Shown: positions 1-10,009, numbered from the stretch's first letter. The stretch: DNA of 64,000 bases from Candidatus Buchananbacteria bacterium RIFCSPHIGHO2_02_FULL_39_17 (GCA_001817425.1 MHII01000012.1:77-64076), one strand, 5' to 3'. Program-made: numbers and translations. Notes: a model not told the origin generated them from the sequence alone.

Positions 1-17
1 TTCGTCAACTAAAATCA

Positions 18-46
18 TTGCCAAGAAATTAGATTTTTGGTAGAAT
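18..46 (+). promoter_or_regulatory. Putative sigma70 promoter
   Basis: TTGCCA-17 bp-TAGAAT with extended -10 TG, upstream of the CDS at 90. Confidence 0.6.
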
Positions 47-89
47 TAAAGTGCTTCATTTTTAGCAGTTAATTTAATTATTTAAAAAT

Positions 90-2651
90 ATGGGATTAAA
101 TAATTTGTTAGTGGACAAGGTTTCCCTAAGGTTAAAACAGATTATTTTTGTTTTGACTTTGGTGATTATTTTTTTGCCTTTAGTCATGAATAGCAATTTC
201 TTTTTTCCTTTTATCATCATCAAAAACGTTTTTTTTCATATCTCAGTTGAGATTATTTTTGTTGCCTATTTAATTTTAGCCTACCTTGATCGTCAATACC
301 GTCCAAATTTTAATCGGATCACTTTAGTTTTTTTGGCCTTTGTCGCCGTGGCCATTATCAGCAGTTTGTTTGGTCTGGGTTTTTATCGAAGTTTTTGGGG
401 GAATTACGAAAGAATGGCCGGTTTATTTCATCTTTTTCATCTATTTTTATTTTTCTTTGTTTTAGCGAATGTCATCAAGTCAGACAAAGATTGGCATTCA
501 TTTTTTACCTTTTCGGTTTTTGCCAGCCTGGTTATGAGTTTTATTGCCTTGGGGCAATGGCTCGGTGTTCCTTTTTTACTTAAGTCTTCCGGCGGCAGTC
601 GGCTTTCCGGCACGGTTGGTAATCCGACTTTTTTTGCCGCCTATCTGCTTTTTCATTTATTTTTTCTCCTCTATTTTTTCGCCGCCGAAAAAAAATTTAA
701 CCTTAAATTATTTTCTTTAAGTTTTTTAGCGCTTGATGGTTTTTTAATTATTTCTTCAATTTTTGATTTATTAGCCAGGGCGTTAGTGACCAATGGCATG
801 GCAAAAAGCCTGGACTGGGGTTTATTTAATTTAATTAAAGTGCCATTTTTAGGCGAAGCCATGCGCAGTTTGTCTAGTAGCCCTGAATATCAGGCCTATC
901 TGCCGTATCGTCGCGGCATTATTATTTTTGTGATTTCTTATCTTATTTTTCAGGGGTTAATTCTTTTAATTTGGCTTTTCCGCTCTAAAAAATTTAGTGT
1001 CACCGCTTTAATTTTAGTTAGTTTTATTTTTGAATTTATCATCTTTTTTAATACCCAAACGCGTGGTGCGATTATTGGCTTAGCGATCGGAATTTTTATT
1101 TTAGCGCTGGCGGCGCTCTTTGTCATTAAGGACAAAAAATTAAAACTTGTCAGTTTGCTTTGCTTATTAATTATTTTAATTTCACCGCTGGCGCTTTATT
1201 TAGGCAGAGATACAGAACTAATTAGAAATATTGGTCCATTAAGTCGTTTGGCCACCATCTCGCCTACTAACATCACCACGGAATCGCGCTTACTGGCCTG
1301 GAATGCTAGCTGGCAAGGCTGGAAAGAAACGCCTAAGTCGTTATTGATCGGTTATGGTTTGGAGCATTATTATTATGCCTTTAACAAATATTTTCCGGTA
1401 AAAATTTATAAGGACGCCGGTTCTCAGGTTTGGTTTGACCGAGCCCACAATGTCATTTTTGATATTGGTGTCACGACCGGGATGATTGGTTTAGTGATTT
1501 ATCTTTCGCTTCTCATTTTTGCGATTTTAGCCCTGATTAAAAATTTTTCTCAAGAAAAATTTTTAAGTTCAAGCTGGCTTTGGGTTGGCTTAATTGTGGC
1601 TTATTTTATTCAGAACTTTTTTGTCTTTGACACTTTAAACAGTGAAATACCTTTTTATTTATTTTTAGCTTTTGTCGTATTTCTGACCGGCAAAAATGCG
1701 TTAGTCAATGATCATTCAGAAAAAAAATCAAATCCGAATTATATCTATCTTGCAACGCTAGTCGTAGTTCTAATTTTTATAACTTTTGCGATTAATGTCA
1801 AAACTTTATCGGCCAATAATTATATTTTTCAAGCGTTACGGCCGAAGGAGGGTACCAAGCAAACAGTTCAGGATTCAATTAAATTTTTTAAAACGGCGCT
1901 TGAAAAATCTTTAGTCGGTCGCTATGAAGTCAGGGAGCAACTCTCTTACTATCTTGATGGCTTGATTAAAAAAGACGATATTTCGCCAGCTTACGCCGCG
2001 GAATTAGTCGATTACGTCAGCGAAGAATTAAATAAAAGCATTGCTGAAGAACCTAAAAACGTTAGACATTACCTTTTACTGGCCACTTTTTATAATGGCA
2101 TGACTAAAGTTAACCAAAGATATCCGCAAAAAGCCATTGAATTATTTGAAAAAGAAGTTGACTTGAATGCCACCCGACCCCAGATTTATTATGAAACTGG
2201 ACAGGCCTATTTGTTTCTCAATAATATTGATGAAGCAATTAAATATTTCAACCGCGGTTTAGCGCTTGCCCCCTGGGTCATTGATGACAATTGGAATTTA
2301 TTAGTTATTTACACGCTTTTTGGCAAAGATGATTTAGCCCAAAACCAATATCAGAAAATGATTAATGAGTTGGGCTGGCAGCCGGACATTGATGATTATC
2401 AAAAATTAGTTGATTTGTATGTTAAGGTTAAAAAATTTGATCAAGCGATTCAGTTTCAGGAGAAAATTATTGAATCAGTAAAATCAGCGGATAATTTTGC
2501 CAAATTAGCAGCGCTTTACGCTAAAATTGGCAACAACATTAAGGCCAGAGAATTAACAGACATGGCTGTTAAGATTGATCCAAATTTTACCCAAGAATCA
2601 GAAAAATTTTTGCAGCTTTTAGAATCAGGAGAATTACTTAACAAAGAATAG
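90..2651 (+). CDS. O-antigen ligase (Wzy_C)-like membrane protein with C-terminal TPR repeats; possible protein/pilin oligosaccharyltransferase
   Basis: Many TM helices; motifs RLSGTVGNP, TQTRGA, R..W, G.G, DRAHN; TPR-like helical tail. Confidence 0.8.
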   Translation: MGLNNLLVDKVSLRLKQIIFVLTLVIIFLPLVMNSNFFFPFIIIKNVFFHISVEIIFVAYLILAYLDRQYRPNFNRITLVFLAFVAVAIISSLFGLGFYRSFWGNYERMAGLFHLFHLFLFFFVLANVIKSDKDWHSFFTFSVFASLVMSFIALGQWLGVPFLLKSSGGSRLSGTVGNPTFFAAYLLFHLFFLLYFFAAEKKFNLKLFSLSFLALDGFLIISSIFDLLARALVTNGMAKSLDWGLFNLIKVPFLGEAMRSLSSSPEYQAYLPYRRGIIIFVISYLIFQGLILLIWLFRSKKFSVTALILVSFIFEFIIFFNTQTRGAIIGLAIGIFILALAALFVIKDKKLKLVSLLCLLIILISPLALYLGRDTELIRNIGPLSRLATISPTNITTESRLLAWNASWQGWKETPKSLLIGYGLEHYYYAFNKYFPVKIYKDAGSQVWFDRAHNVIFDIGVTTGMIGLVIYLSLLIFAILALIKNFSQEKFLSSSWLWVGLIVAYFIQNFFVFDTLNSEIPFYLFLAFVVFLTGKNALVNDHSEKKSNPNYIYLATLVVVLIFITFAINVKTLSANNYIFQALRPKEGTKQTVQDSIKFFKTALEKSLVGRYEVREQLSYYLDGLIKKDDISPAYAAELVDYVSEELNKSIAEEPKNVRHYLLLATFYNGMTKVNQRYPQKAIELFEKEVDLNATRPQIYYETGQAYLFLNNIDEAIKYFNRGLALAPWVIDDNWNLLVIYTLFGKDDLAQNQYQKMINELGWQPDIDDYQKLVDLYVKVKKFDQAIQFQEKIIESVKSADNFAKLAALYAKIGNNIKARELTDMAVKIDPNFTQESEKFLQLLESGELLNKE

Positions 2652-2713
2652 GTTAAGGTTAATCAGCAGACTAAATTAGATATTAATTTTCTTAATTTTC
2701 AGCCATAAAAAAC

Positions 2714-4969
2714 ATGGCTTTAATTTCTAAAAAAATTAGATTAAAATTTTTTTTATTTGTTTTTTTATTTCAATTTTTCGTGTTTTTTTATAATTCAGAT
2801 GTTTTGGCTAAAAATGAACAAATCGACTATCGTCTAGGCGAGGTTTTGTTAAAGTTTAAGGGCGATGAGGAGATCTATAAATTAAAATTTTCCGTCGAGA
2901 CTGACGTTGGGCAAATTATTAATCAATACACAAATTTCGGTGAAATTGAAAATATCAGCCCAAACTATTTAGTTAGGGCTACGGCTTTTCCTAATGACCC
3001 GGACTATTTGTTGCAGTGGTACTTAAATCCAATTAACGCGAAAGCGGCTTGGTCAAAAGCCTTGGTGGTCCGGGAACAGGAATTTAATAGTCGGCAGTCA
3101 GTCATTGCTGTTTTAGATAGCGGTGTTGATTTAAATCATCCAGATTTAAAAGGACAAATTTGGCGCAATAAAAAAGAAATCGCTAATGACCAAGTTGATA
3201 ATGATAATAATGGCTATACGGATGACATCACTGGTTGGGATTTTGTTGAATGGGATAATGATCCCAATCCATCTTTTACTTTCGGTTTTGATGAAAGTGC
3301 GATTAAGCATGGAACAATTGTCGCGAGTCTCGCCGCGGCGACCTCGCATAATAATCAGGGCATTGCCGGCGTTAGTTGGTTCAGCCAAATTATGCCCTTG
3401 CGCGTTTTAGACAGCAGTGGGGCTGGGGATATCTATACGGTTATTCAGGCGATTAATTATGCGGTTAGTAACGGCGCGGATATTATTAATATGAGTTTTA
3501 TTGGTAGCCATTTTGAAGCTAATTGGTTTTCGGCCATCAGAAATGCTTATAATAAAAATGTGTTGGTGGTGGCCGCGGCGGGTAATACTGATCCAGCGGT
3601 CAATGGCGTTAATCTTGATCTTCATAAGTATTATCCAGTTTGTTTTGACGGGGATAATGGTGAAAATTTTGTCATTGGCGTGGCGGCCGTAGGCAAGGAT
3701 CTAAAGAAATCAAGCTTTTCCAATTATGGCAGTTGTATTGACATTACGGCGCCAGGCGAGGATTTTTATGCGGCCCAGGTTTATAATCCTAAATTTAGCG
3801 GCTTTAGCAATTATTATGATGGCTATTGGTCCGGGACTTCACTGTCCGCGCCATTAGTCAGCGGTACCCTGGCTTTAATTAAGGCTTTGCGACCTTCTTT
3901 AACTGCCTCGCAAATCAGAGATTTTGTTTTTGAAGGTGCTTCTGATATTGATCAATACAATGCCGAATTTAAAAATAAATTGGGAGCGGGAATGCTTGAT
4001 GTGGCTAATGCAGTGGAAGTCACCTTGGGCAAAAGAGTGTCTAAAGAAAAGGGCGGTGAAGATAATTATATTTTGGTGGGCTTAGGTTCAGGATCTTTTC
4101 CGCAATTAAAGATTTTAAGAACTGATGGTTCAGTTTTTAAAGAATTTTACGCCTATAGTCCGACTTTTAACGGGGAAGTGAAAGTGGCGGCGGGCGATGT
4201 TAACGGTGATGGTCAAGATGAAGTGGTCACCGGAACCGGCAGTGGCGGCGGGCCTCATGTTCGGATTTTTAACATTGAAGGTCAGTTAATTTCCCAATTT
4301 TTTGCGGCTGATAAAAAATTGCGCGGTGGGATTAATATCGCCGTGGCTGACATCAATGGGGATAACATTGACGAAATTATTACTGGTGCGGGCAAGGGGA
4401 GCGAGCCAGAAGTTAAAATTTTTGACTCGCAAGGTAATCTTTTAAAAAAGTTTTTGGCTTATAACCAAACTTTTCGGGGCGGAGTTAAGGTTGCGGTCGC
4501 TGATTTTAACCATGACGGTAAGAACGATATTGTGACTGGGGCGGGCAGTGGCGGCGGGCCTCATGTTCGAGTTTTTAGTTCAGATGGCGAATTAATTTCC
4601 CAATTTTTTGCTTTTAATAAAAATTCTAGGGGTGGGGTTAATGTTGCCGTGGCTGACTTGCACGGTGACGGCCAGCCTGAAATTATTGCTGCGATTGAAA
4701 ATAATGCGGTGCCAGAAGTCAGGGTTTTTACTTATCTTGGTTCGCCGGCGGGCAGTTTTTTTGCCGCTAATCCGAATTCTTTAACCGGTGTTAATATTTC
4801 TGCCGGCGATGTTGACAATGACCGAATTGCCGAAGTTATTACCGGCTTAGGCGTTGGCGGCAATTCGGAAATTAAAATTTTTGATTTACAAGGGAAAACT
4901 AAATTTGAATTTTTTGCCCACACCTTAAATTATCTTGGCGGCGCTAGGACCGCTGTCTTGCGCTATTAA
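2714..4969 (+). CDS. Secreted S8 subtilisin-like serine protease with C-terminal FG-GAP/VCBS repeats
   Basis: Catalytic motifs VLDSG, HGT, AAAGN, SGTSLSAP; repeated D.NGDG..E...G.G..GGP.VR units. Confidence 0.9.
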   Translation: MALISKKIRLKFFLFVFLFQFFVFFYNSDVLAKNEQIDYRLGEVLLKFKGDEEIYKLKFSVETDVGQIINQYTNFGEIENISPNYLVRATAFPNDPDYLLQWYLNPINAKAAWSKALVVREQEFNSRQSVIAVLDSGVDLNHPDLKGQIWRNKKEIANDQVDNDNNGYTDDITGWDFVEWDNDPNPSFTFGFDESAIKHGTIVASLAAATSHNNQGIAGVSWFSQIMPLRVLDSSGAGDIYTVIQAINYAVSNGADIINMSFIGSHFEANWFSAIRNAYNKNVLVVAAAGNTDPAVNGVNLDLHKYYPVCFDGDNGENFVIGVAAVGKDLKKSSFSNYGSCIDITAPGEDFYAAQVYNPKFSGFSNYYDGYWSGTSLSAPLVSGTLALIKALRPSLTASQIRDFVFEGASDIDQYNAEFKNKLGAGMLDVANAVEVTLGKRVSKEKGGEDNYILVGLGSGSFPQLKILRTDGSVFKEFYAYSPTFNGEVKVAAGDVNGDGQDEVVTGTGSGGGPHVRIFNIEGQLISQFFAADKKLRGGINIAVADINGDNIDEIITGAGKGSEPEVKIFDSQGNLLKKFLAYNQTFRGGVKVAVADFNHDGKNDIVTGAGSGGGPHVRVFSSDGELISQFFAFNKNSRGGVNVAVADLHGDGQPEIIAAIENNAVPEVRVFTYLGSPAGSFFAANPNSLTGVNISAGDVDNDRIAEVITGLGVGGNSEIKIFDLQGKTKFEFFAHTLNYLGGARTAVLRY

Positions 4970-4978
4970 TTATCAGCG

Positions 4979-5428
4979 ATGATTAATTTTCAATTAGTTT
5001 TTAGAAATTATTTAGATCAGCACAAGCTTTTTAAACAGTTTGTCAAATTTTGTATTGTCGGTGGGACTTCGGCGGCATTTAATTTTTTGATTTACTATTC
5101 CGTGACGGAGTGGTTAGGGGTTTGGTACGTTTATTCTTCAATTGTTGCTTTTTTAATTTCTGCAGTATTTAATTTTTTGGCAAATAAAAACTGGACTTTT
5201 AGAAATACCGATATCGGCTGGGCGATGATAAACCAGTTAAGTAAATTCGCCACGGTGATGATCTCTGGCCTAATTATTAATACCGCCATTATTTATTTTT
5301 TAACTGATTGGTTCGGATTTGATTATCGTCTATCCTGGGTTTTTGCCACGGGCATAGTCACTTTTTGGAATTTTAGTTTCAATCGGTTTTGGACTTTTCG
5401 CCATCGTCAAAATTTATCCCTTGAATAA
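4979..5428 (+). CDS. GtrA-family membrane protein (putative lipid-linked sugar flippase)
   Basis: QFVKFCIVG, NF..NK.WTF and NF..NRFWTF motifs; 4 TM. Confidence 0.85.
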   Translation: MINFQLVFRNYLDQHKLFKQFVKFCIVGGTSAAFNFLIYYSVTEWLGVWYVYSSIVAFLISAVFNFLANKNWTFRNTDIGWAMINQLSKFATVMISGLIINTAIIYFLTDWFGFDYRLSWVFATGIVTFWNFSFNRFWTFRHRQNLSLE

Positions 5429-5449
5429 ATAAATTAGTTATTTTATAAT
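5421..5449 (+). promoter_or_regulatory. Putative sigma70 promoter
   Basis: TTGAAT-17 bp-TATAAT. Confidence 0.55.
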
Positions 5450-5525
5450 TATAATAAAGGTTAAGATTAATACAGTGTTTGTTTAAAGGCATAAGATAAT
5501 ATTATACAAATTCATTTTGAGATTT

Positions 5526-5555
5526 TCCGCCCAAGGCGGATCCGCCTCTGGCGGA
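5526..5555. repeat. 30-bp tandem double hairpin (TCCGCC family)
   Basis: TCCGCC-CAA-GGCGGA-TCCGCC-TCT-GGCGGA; relative at 38487-38516. Confidence 0.75.
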
Positions 5556-5576
5556 GAGGATTTGAGATTTTAAACT

Positions 5577-6599
5577 ATGGCTAAAAAACCAATATTTGAA
5601 AAACCCAATATTTTAGTCACTGGCGGCGCTGGTTTTATCGGTTCGCACCTTTGCGACGAACTGATTAAAACCAGTAAAGTTATCTGCGTTGATAATTTTA
5701 TTTCCGGCGATGAAGTGAATATTGACCATTTGCTTCAGAATCCTGATTTTGAATTTATCAAACATGATATTAATCAACCTATTATTTTGGAAGATTATCG
5801 GGAATTGGAGAAATTCAAAATTAAATTTCAAGGGCTTCAGGAAATTTATCATCTGGCTTGCCCGACTTCACCGAAAGATTTTGAAAAAACAAAAATTGAA
5901 ACGGCTTTAGCTAATTCGGTTGGCACCAAAAATGTTTTGGATTTAGCCCTAAAATACAAAGCTAAATTTTTACTTGCTTCTTCGTCGGTCGTCTATGGCC
6001 CGAGAAACCAGAAAAATCTTTATTTTAAAGAAGATTATAACGGTGCAGTTAATCATTTGAGTCCCCGGGCTTGCTATGACGAGGGCAAAAGATTTGCTGA
6101 AACTTTGGCATGGACTTACGGTGAAGTTTATAATTTGGATACTAAAATTGCCAGAATTTTTCGGACCTATGGGCCTAAAATGAGACTAAAAACCGGCGAG
6201 ATGATTCCTGATTTTGTTTATAATGCCATCGAGGGAAGCGATTTGGTAATTTATGGGGATAAAAATTTTTCTTCTTCTTTTTGCCACGTGACTGATATTG
6301 TCGTTGGTTTAATGAAATTAATGAAGAGTTCGGAAAGCGGGCCATTTAATTTTGGCAGCGATATTGAATCAAAGTTAGTTGGTTTTGCCGAAAAAGTCAT
6401 TAACCTGACTGGTTCAAAATCAAAAATTATTTTTAAAGAGCCATTGCTTTTTATGACGCCGCTTGGCCTGCCGGATATTAGTTTAGCTAAAGAACGTTTA
6501 TCCTGGTTTCCCGTGGTTTTGCTTGATGAAGGCATTAAGGGGACGATTGATTATTTCAAAGCTTATCGGACGATTGTTCGCCCCGGCACTAAATTTTGA
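5577..6599 (+). CDS. NAD-dependent epimerase/dehydratase, UDP-glucuronate decarboxylase (UDP-xylose synthase)-like
   Basis: GGAGFIGSHL, HLACPTSP, RACYDEGKR, ARIF.TYGP. Confidence 0.8.
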   Translation: MAKKPIFEKPNILVTGGAGFIGSHLCDELIKTSKVICVDNFISGDEVNIDHLLQNPDFEFIKHDINQPIILEDYRELEKFKIKFQGLQEIYHLACPTSPKDFEKTKIETALANSVGTKNVLDLALKYKAKFLLASSSVVYGPRNQKNLYFKEDYNGAVNHLSPRACYDEGKRFAETLAWTYGEVYNLDTKIARIFRTYGPKMRLKTGEMIPDFVYNAIEGSDLVIYGDKNFSSSFCHVTDIVVGLMKLMKSSESGPFNFGSDIESKLVGFAEKVINLTGSKSKIIFKEPLLFMTPLGLPDISLAKERLSWFPVVLLDEGIKGTIDYFKAYRTIVRPGTKF

Positions 6600-6600
6600 T

Positions 6601-7296
6601 ATGAATGTCCAGGTTGTTATTCCGGCTTACAATGAAGCAAAAACAATTTTTGAAATTATTAGAAAACTTAAAGATCAAGTCAGTCAAATCATTACGGTTG
6701 ATGACGGTTCAACAGATGACACCGGTGAATTAGCCAAACAGGCCGGAGCAAAAGTCTTAACTCATTTTTTAAATCGTGGCCAGGGTGCAGCACTGCAAAC
6801 TGGCATTTCTTTTGCTTTGGCGAATGGGGCGGAAATTATTGTCACTTTTGACGCCGATGGTCAGCATAATCCCGATGAGATTGATCAGGTCATTAAACCA
6901 TTATTGTTGGGTGAGGTAGATGTAGTGCTGGGTTCAAGATTTCTGGAATCAAGAATTAAGAATCAAGAATTAAGAATCAAGAATGTTCCTTTAATGAGGT
7001 TCGTTGTCTTGAAACTGGCGGCTTGGTTTACCCGGCTTTATACTGGTCTTAAAGTGACCGATGCCCATAATGGTTTTCGGGCTTTTTCGGCAAAAGCCGC
7101 CAGTTTAATTGAAATTAAGCAAGACGGGATGGCGCATGCTTCAGAAATTATTGAACAAATTAAAAAACAAGGCCTAAAATTCAAAGAAGTGCCGGTGGAA
7201 ATTAATTATACCAACTACTCATTGGAGAAGGGTCAAAAGTTAAGCAATTCCTGGAGGATTGTTTGGGATTTAATCATTAAGAGAATATCAAAATGA
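6601..7296 (+). CDS. GT2 glycosyltransferase, polyprenol-phosphate glycosyltransferase (DPM synthase)-like
   Basis: IPAYNE, VDDGSTD, NRGQGAAL, DADGQH, GSRF; start placed at ATG 6601, just after the upstream stop. Confidence 0.85.
   Translation: MNVQVVIPAYNEAKTIFEIIRKLKDQVSQIITVDDGSTDDTGELAKQAGAKVLTHFLNRGQGAALQTGISFALANGAEIIVTFDADGQHNPDEIDQVIKPLLLGEVDVVLGSRFLESRIKNQELRIKNVPLMRFVVLKLAAWFTRLYTGLKVTDAHNGFRAFSAKAASLIEIKQDGMAHASEIIEQIKKQGLKFKEVPVEINYTNYSLEKGQKLSNSWRIVWDLIIKRISK
6946..6984 (+). repeat. In-frame heptamer array (GAATYAA)x5.5
   Basis: Encodes ESRIKNQELRIKN; same unit as the intergenic array at 15288-15324. Confidence 0.85.
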
Positions 7297-7679
7297 TTAT
7301 AAAAATAATTATTCTTTTGTTTGTTATTTTTGTTTTGTGGCGAACAACTTCTCGTTATTTAAGAGGCGATATCACGGTTCGCGAGTTGATGATTTGGGTT
7401 ATATTTTGGCTTTTAGTCGGTCTGGCCGTCGTTTTACCGCAAAAAACTGATATCATTGCTCAATGGCTGGGAGTCAGCCGCGGCGCTGATTTATTAGTTT
7501 ATTTGTCAATTATCGTTTTATTTTTTGTGGTTTTTAGAATTATTGTCAAATTGGAAAAGATTGATCAGGAGGTCACGAAAATAGTGAGGGAGGCAGCCTT
7601 AGAAAATGATAATAAATCCAAAGTTCAAAATCAAAATGTCAACTCAATGTCAAATGACAAAATTCAAAATAATATTTGA
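7293..7679 (+). CDS. DUF2304-family membrane protein; C-terminus reads into a repeat arm
   Basis: W..FW, LGVSRGADL, E.T.IVRE.AL; usual partner of DPM-like GT2. Confidence 0.75.
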   Translation: MIIKIIILLFVIFVLWRTTSRYLRGDITVRELMIWVIFWLLVGLAVVLPQKTDIIAQWLGVSRGADLLVYLSIIVLFFVVFRIIVKLEKIDQEVTKIVREAALENDNKSKVQNQNVNSMSNDKIQNNI

Positions 7680-7730
7680 CATTTGGATTTTGGATTTGAT
7701 TTGACATTGGTCATTTGGATTTTGTTATTT
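7612..7730. repeat. Inverted pair of degenerate heptamer arrays
   Basis: TCAAAATGTCAA/CAAATGA left arm versus TTGACATTTGGATTTTGG right arm. Confidence 0.75.
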
Positions 7731-7735
7731 TGCGT

Positions 7736-8791
7736 ATGGCCGACAGAGTATTAATTATCATTTTATGCTACAACGGCGCGGATTATCTCCGCGACTGTTT
7801 GTCTTCACTTAGTAAACTTAATTATTCTAAAGATAGTTTTGAAATTTTAGTCATTGACAACGCTTCAACTGATAATTCCGTTGCAACAATTAACAGTTTA
7901 CAATCAACAATTAACAATTTAATTTTAATTCAGAATAAAACTAATCTTGGTTTTGCCACCGGCAATAATATTGGCCTGCAATATGCCATTAACCATAATT
8001 TTGATTATGTTTATTTGTTAAACCAAGATACGGTGGTTGAGCCAGATTTTTTGGAAAAAGCTGTTGAAATCGGGGAGTCAGATATTCAAATCGGCGCGGT
8101 GCAATCAAAACTGCTTTTATTTCAAGATAAAACTAAAATTAACAGCATCGGCAATGAAATTCATTATTTAGGCTTTGGTTTTGCCGGCGGTTACCAGTTG
8201 CCAGATCAGGAGTTAGAAGTCAGAGAGATTACCTATAGTTCCGGCGCCGCCAGCCTGTACCGCATCTTAGCGTTAAAACAAGTTGGCCTCTTTAACCCTG
8301 ATTTTTTTATGTACCACGAAGATACTGATTTGGGCTGGCGGCTGTGGCTTTTTGGTTTTAAAATAATTTTAGCGCCAAAATCTGTGGTTTACCATAAATA
8401 TGAGTTTTCCCGCAGCATTCAAAAATATTATTTTATGGAACGGAACCGTTATTTGGTGCTTTTACAAAATTATAAATGGCAAACTTTGTTGTTAATTGGT
8501 CCAGCTTGCGCCTTGATGGATGTGGTGATGTTTTTTTACTCATTTTTTGCCGGCTGGTGGCGGGAAAATTTAAAAGTCTGCTGGTATTTTTGCCACCTAA
8601 AAAATTGGCAAAAAATAATAAAGACCAGACGTCGGGTCCAATCTAAACGAAAAATCACTGACCGGGAAATGGTTGAACGTTTTGTCGGTAAAATTGAGTT
8701 TCAGGATTTGGATAATCCGTTACTGACTAATTTAGTCAACCCGGTTTTTAATTTATATTGGCAAATAGTGAAGAGATTGATTTTTTGGTAG
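7736..8791 (+). CDS. GT2 family glycosyltransferase (rhamnosyltransferase-like)
   Basis: DNASTD, NLGFATGNN, LLNQD, FFMYHEDTDL.WR; contains in-frame (YAACAAT)-like array at 7884-7918. Confidence 0.85.
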   Translation: MADRVLIIILCYNGADYLRDCLSSLSKLNYSKDSFEILVIDNASTDNSVATINSLQSTINNLILIQNKTNLGFATGNNIGLQYAINHNFDYVYLLNQDTVVEPDFLEKAVEIGESDIQIGAVQSKLLLFQDKTKINSIGNEIHYLGFGFAGGYQLPDQELEVREITYSSGAASLYRILALKQVGLFNPDFFMYHEDTDLGWRLWLFGFKIILAPKSVVYHKYEFSRSIQKYYFMERNRYLVLLQNYKWQTLLLIGPACALMDVVMFFYSFFAGWWRENLKVCWYFCHLKNWQKIIKTRRRVQSKRKITDREMVERFVGKIEFQDLDNPLLTNLVNPVFNLYWQIVKRLIFW

Positions 8792-8796
8792 GAAAT

Positions 8797-8897
8797 AAAT
8801 TTTGAATTTTGAAATTTGAATTTTGAATCAATTTTGAATAACCGAATTTTGAAAAATTAAGATATTAGAATTTGAATCGAAATTCAAAATTAAAAAT
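8797..8897. repeat. Heptamer inverted-repeat element (AATTTTG/CAAAATT family)
   Basis: TTTTGAA arrays facing TTCAAAA arrays; relatives at 21915-22058 and 56061-56170. Confidence 0.75.
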
Positions 8898-9208
8898 TAG
8901 ATTTTTTTTACCTCTCTTTCTACCCATTTCTCGTATTCCAGATTAGACTCGGTTTTCCAACCCTCAATTAATGGAATTTTATAAGGGTGGAGTTTTTTTA
9001 TTTCATTTTTAACTTTTTGCCAGTTTTCTTTTTTAGTTTTAAAAATCGCCGCGATTTCTTGGTCATTAACAATTTTGCCTTGCCACCAATAACTTGATTT
9101 AATTGGGAAAAAATTGGCGCAAGCAATCAATCGCTTTTTTAATAATACCGAAGCGATTTTTTTCGCGGTTTTTAAATTAGGAAAAGTAGCGTAAATATTA
9201 ATAATCAT
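8897..9208 (-). CDS. cutA: Divalent-cation tolerance protein CutA
   Basis: LIACAN, SSYWWQG, KT, LHPY.IP motifs. Confidence 0.85.
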   Translation of the reverse strand: MIINIYATFPNLKTAKKIASVLLKKRLIACANFFPIKSSYWWQGKIVNDQEIAAIFKTKKENWQKVKNEIKKLHPYKIPLIEGWKTESNLEYEKWVEREVKKI

Positions 9209-9232
9209 ATTTATTTGATTTTTTCTACTTGT

Positions 9233-9294
9233 TGTCATCCTGAATTTATTTCAGGATCTCATTCAATAGATTCTGAAACAAGTTCAGAATGACA
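9233..9294. repeat. GTCA-terminated REP/RPE-like palindromic element
   Basis: TGTCATCCTGAA-TTTAT-TTCAGGATCT...AGATTCTGAA-ACAAG-TTCAGAATGACA: two hairpins inside terminal inverted repeats. Confidence 0.8.
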
Positions 9295-9532
9295 CACTCT
9301 TGTCAATCAATTTTGCCATTTCCGTATCTTTGTCCGTCACCTTGCCTTCGCTGTGCGTGGTTAAAGTGATTTTCACTTTTTTGTAGCCGTAAATTAAAAT
9401 ATCAGGATGATGGTTATTCGCCTCGGCGATTTCCCCGACTTGATTGACAAAAGCCAAAGCTTCTTTAAAATTTTGAAATATAAATTCTTTAGTTAAACAA
9501 TTATTTTGATTGAGCCAGTTATCATTACTCAT
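9284..9532 (-). CDS. phhB: Pterin-4-alpha-carbinolamine dehydratase
   Basis: F.NF.EA..FV, AE..NHHPDI, LTTH, VT.KD. Confidence 0.85.
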   Translation of the reverse strand: MSNDNWLNQNNCLTKEFIFQNFKEALAFVNQVGEIAEANNHHPDILIYGYKKVKITLTTHSEGKVTDKDTEMAKLIDKSVSF

Positions 9533-9578
9533 ATTTTTAAATATTGGATGAGTGAGTTAAAAAATTTGACTTATTTTT

Positions 9579-9791
9579 TTATTCAAAATCCTCTTCAATT
9601 AACCTCGATCGACGCACAATAGATTTGAAAGTTCGATACGGTATTTCTTTACCATGAATTGGAACGATGACATTTAATGTCGGAATACTAATTTTGCGAT
9701 ACTTGGCATGACTGCCGCTTTGCGAAACAAAAAAGAAGCCCTTTTATTTAAGGACTTTTAGAACGGATTTAAGTGGAATTGGTCTAGGCAT
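9579..9791 (-). pseudogene. hicA: HicA toxin with nonsense codon
   Basis: Manual translation MPRPIPLKSVLKVLK*KGFFFVSQSGSHAKY...IVPIHGKEIPYRTFKSIVRRSRL; GSH motif; TAA at 9744-9746; ATG overlaps the hicB stop. Confidence 0.8.
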
Positions 9792-10002
9792 ATTTAAGTG
9801 TTACTGAGGCGATGGCTGGCTGTTCAATCCTGCTTGACTTAGGCAGTCTTTCATCTTCAAGATATAATTCTAAGGCATCTTGAAGATTATCAAGAGCCTC
9901 TTTTTTTGTATTACCAAAACTTGCCACGTCAACATCTAAACATTGAGAAACATAGTATTTACCCTCTTTCCAAATCACTGATTTTAAAGCTATTTTTTTC
10001 AT
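9784..10002 (-). CDS. hicB: HicB-like antitoxin (72 aa)
   Basis: SFG.TKKEAL.NL.DALELYLE motif; start moved to the ATG just after the promoter. Confidence 0.85.
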   Translation of the reverse strand: MKKIALKSVIWKEGKYYVSQCLDVDVASFGNTKKEALDNLQDALELYLEDERLPKSSRIEQPAIASVTLKYA

Positions 10003-10009
10003 ACATTCT

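Noticed and set aside
4238-4569. 26-bp exact direct repeat in the S8 protease gene
   Set aside because: Spacing of 306 bp matches two FG-GAP protein repeats; an ordinary internal duplication.
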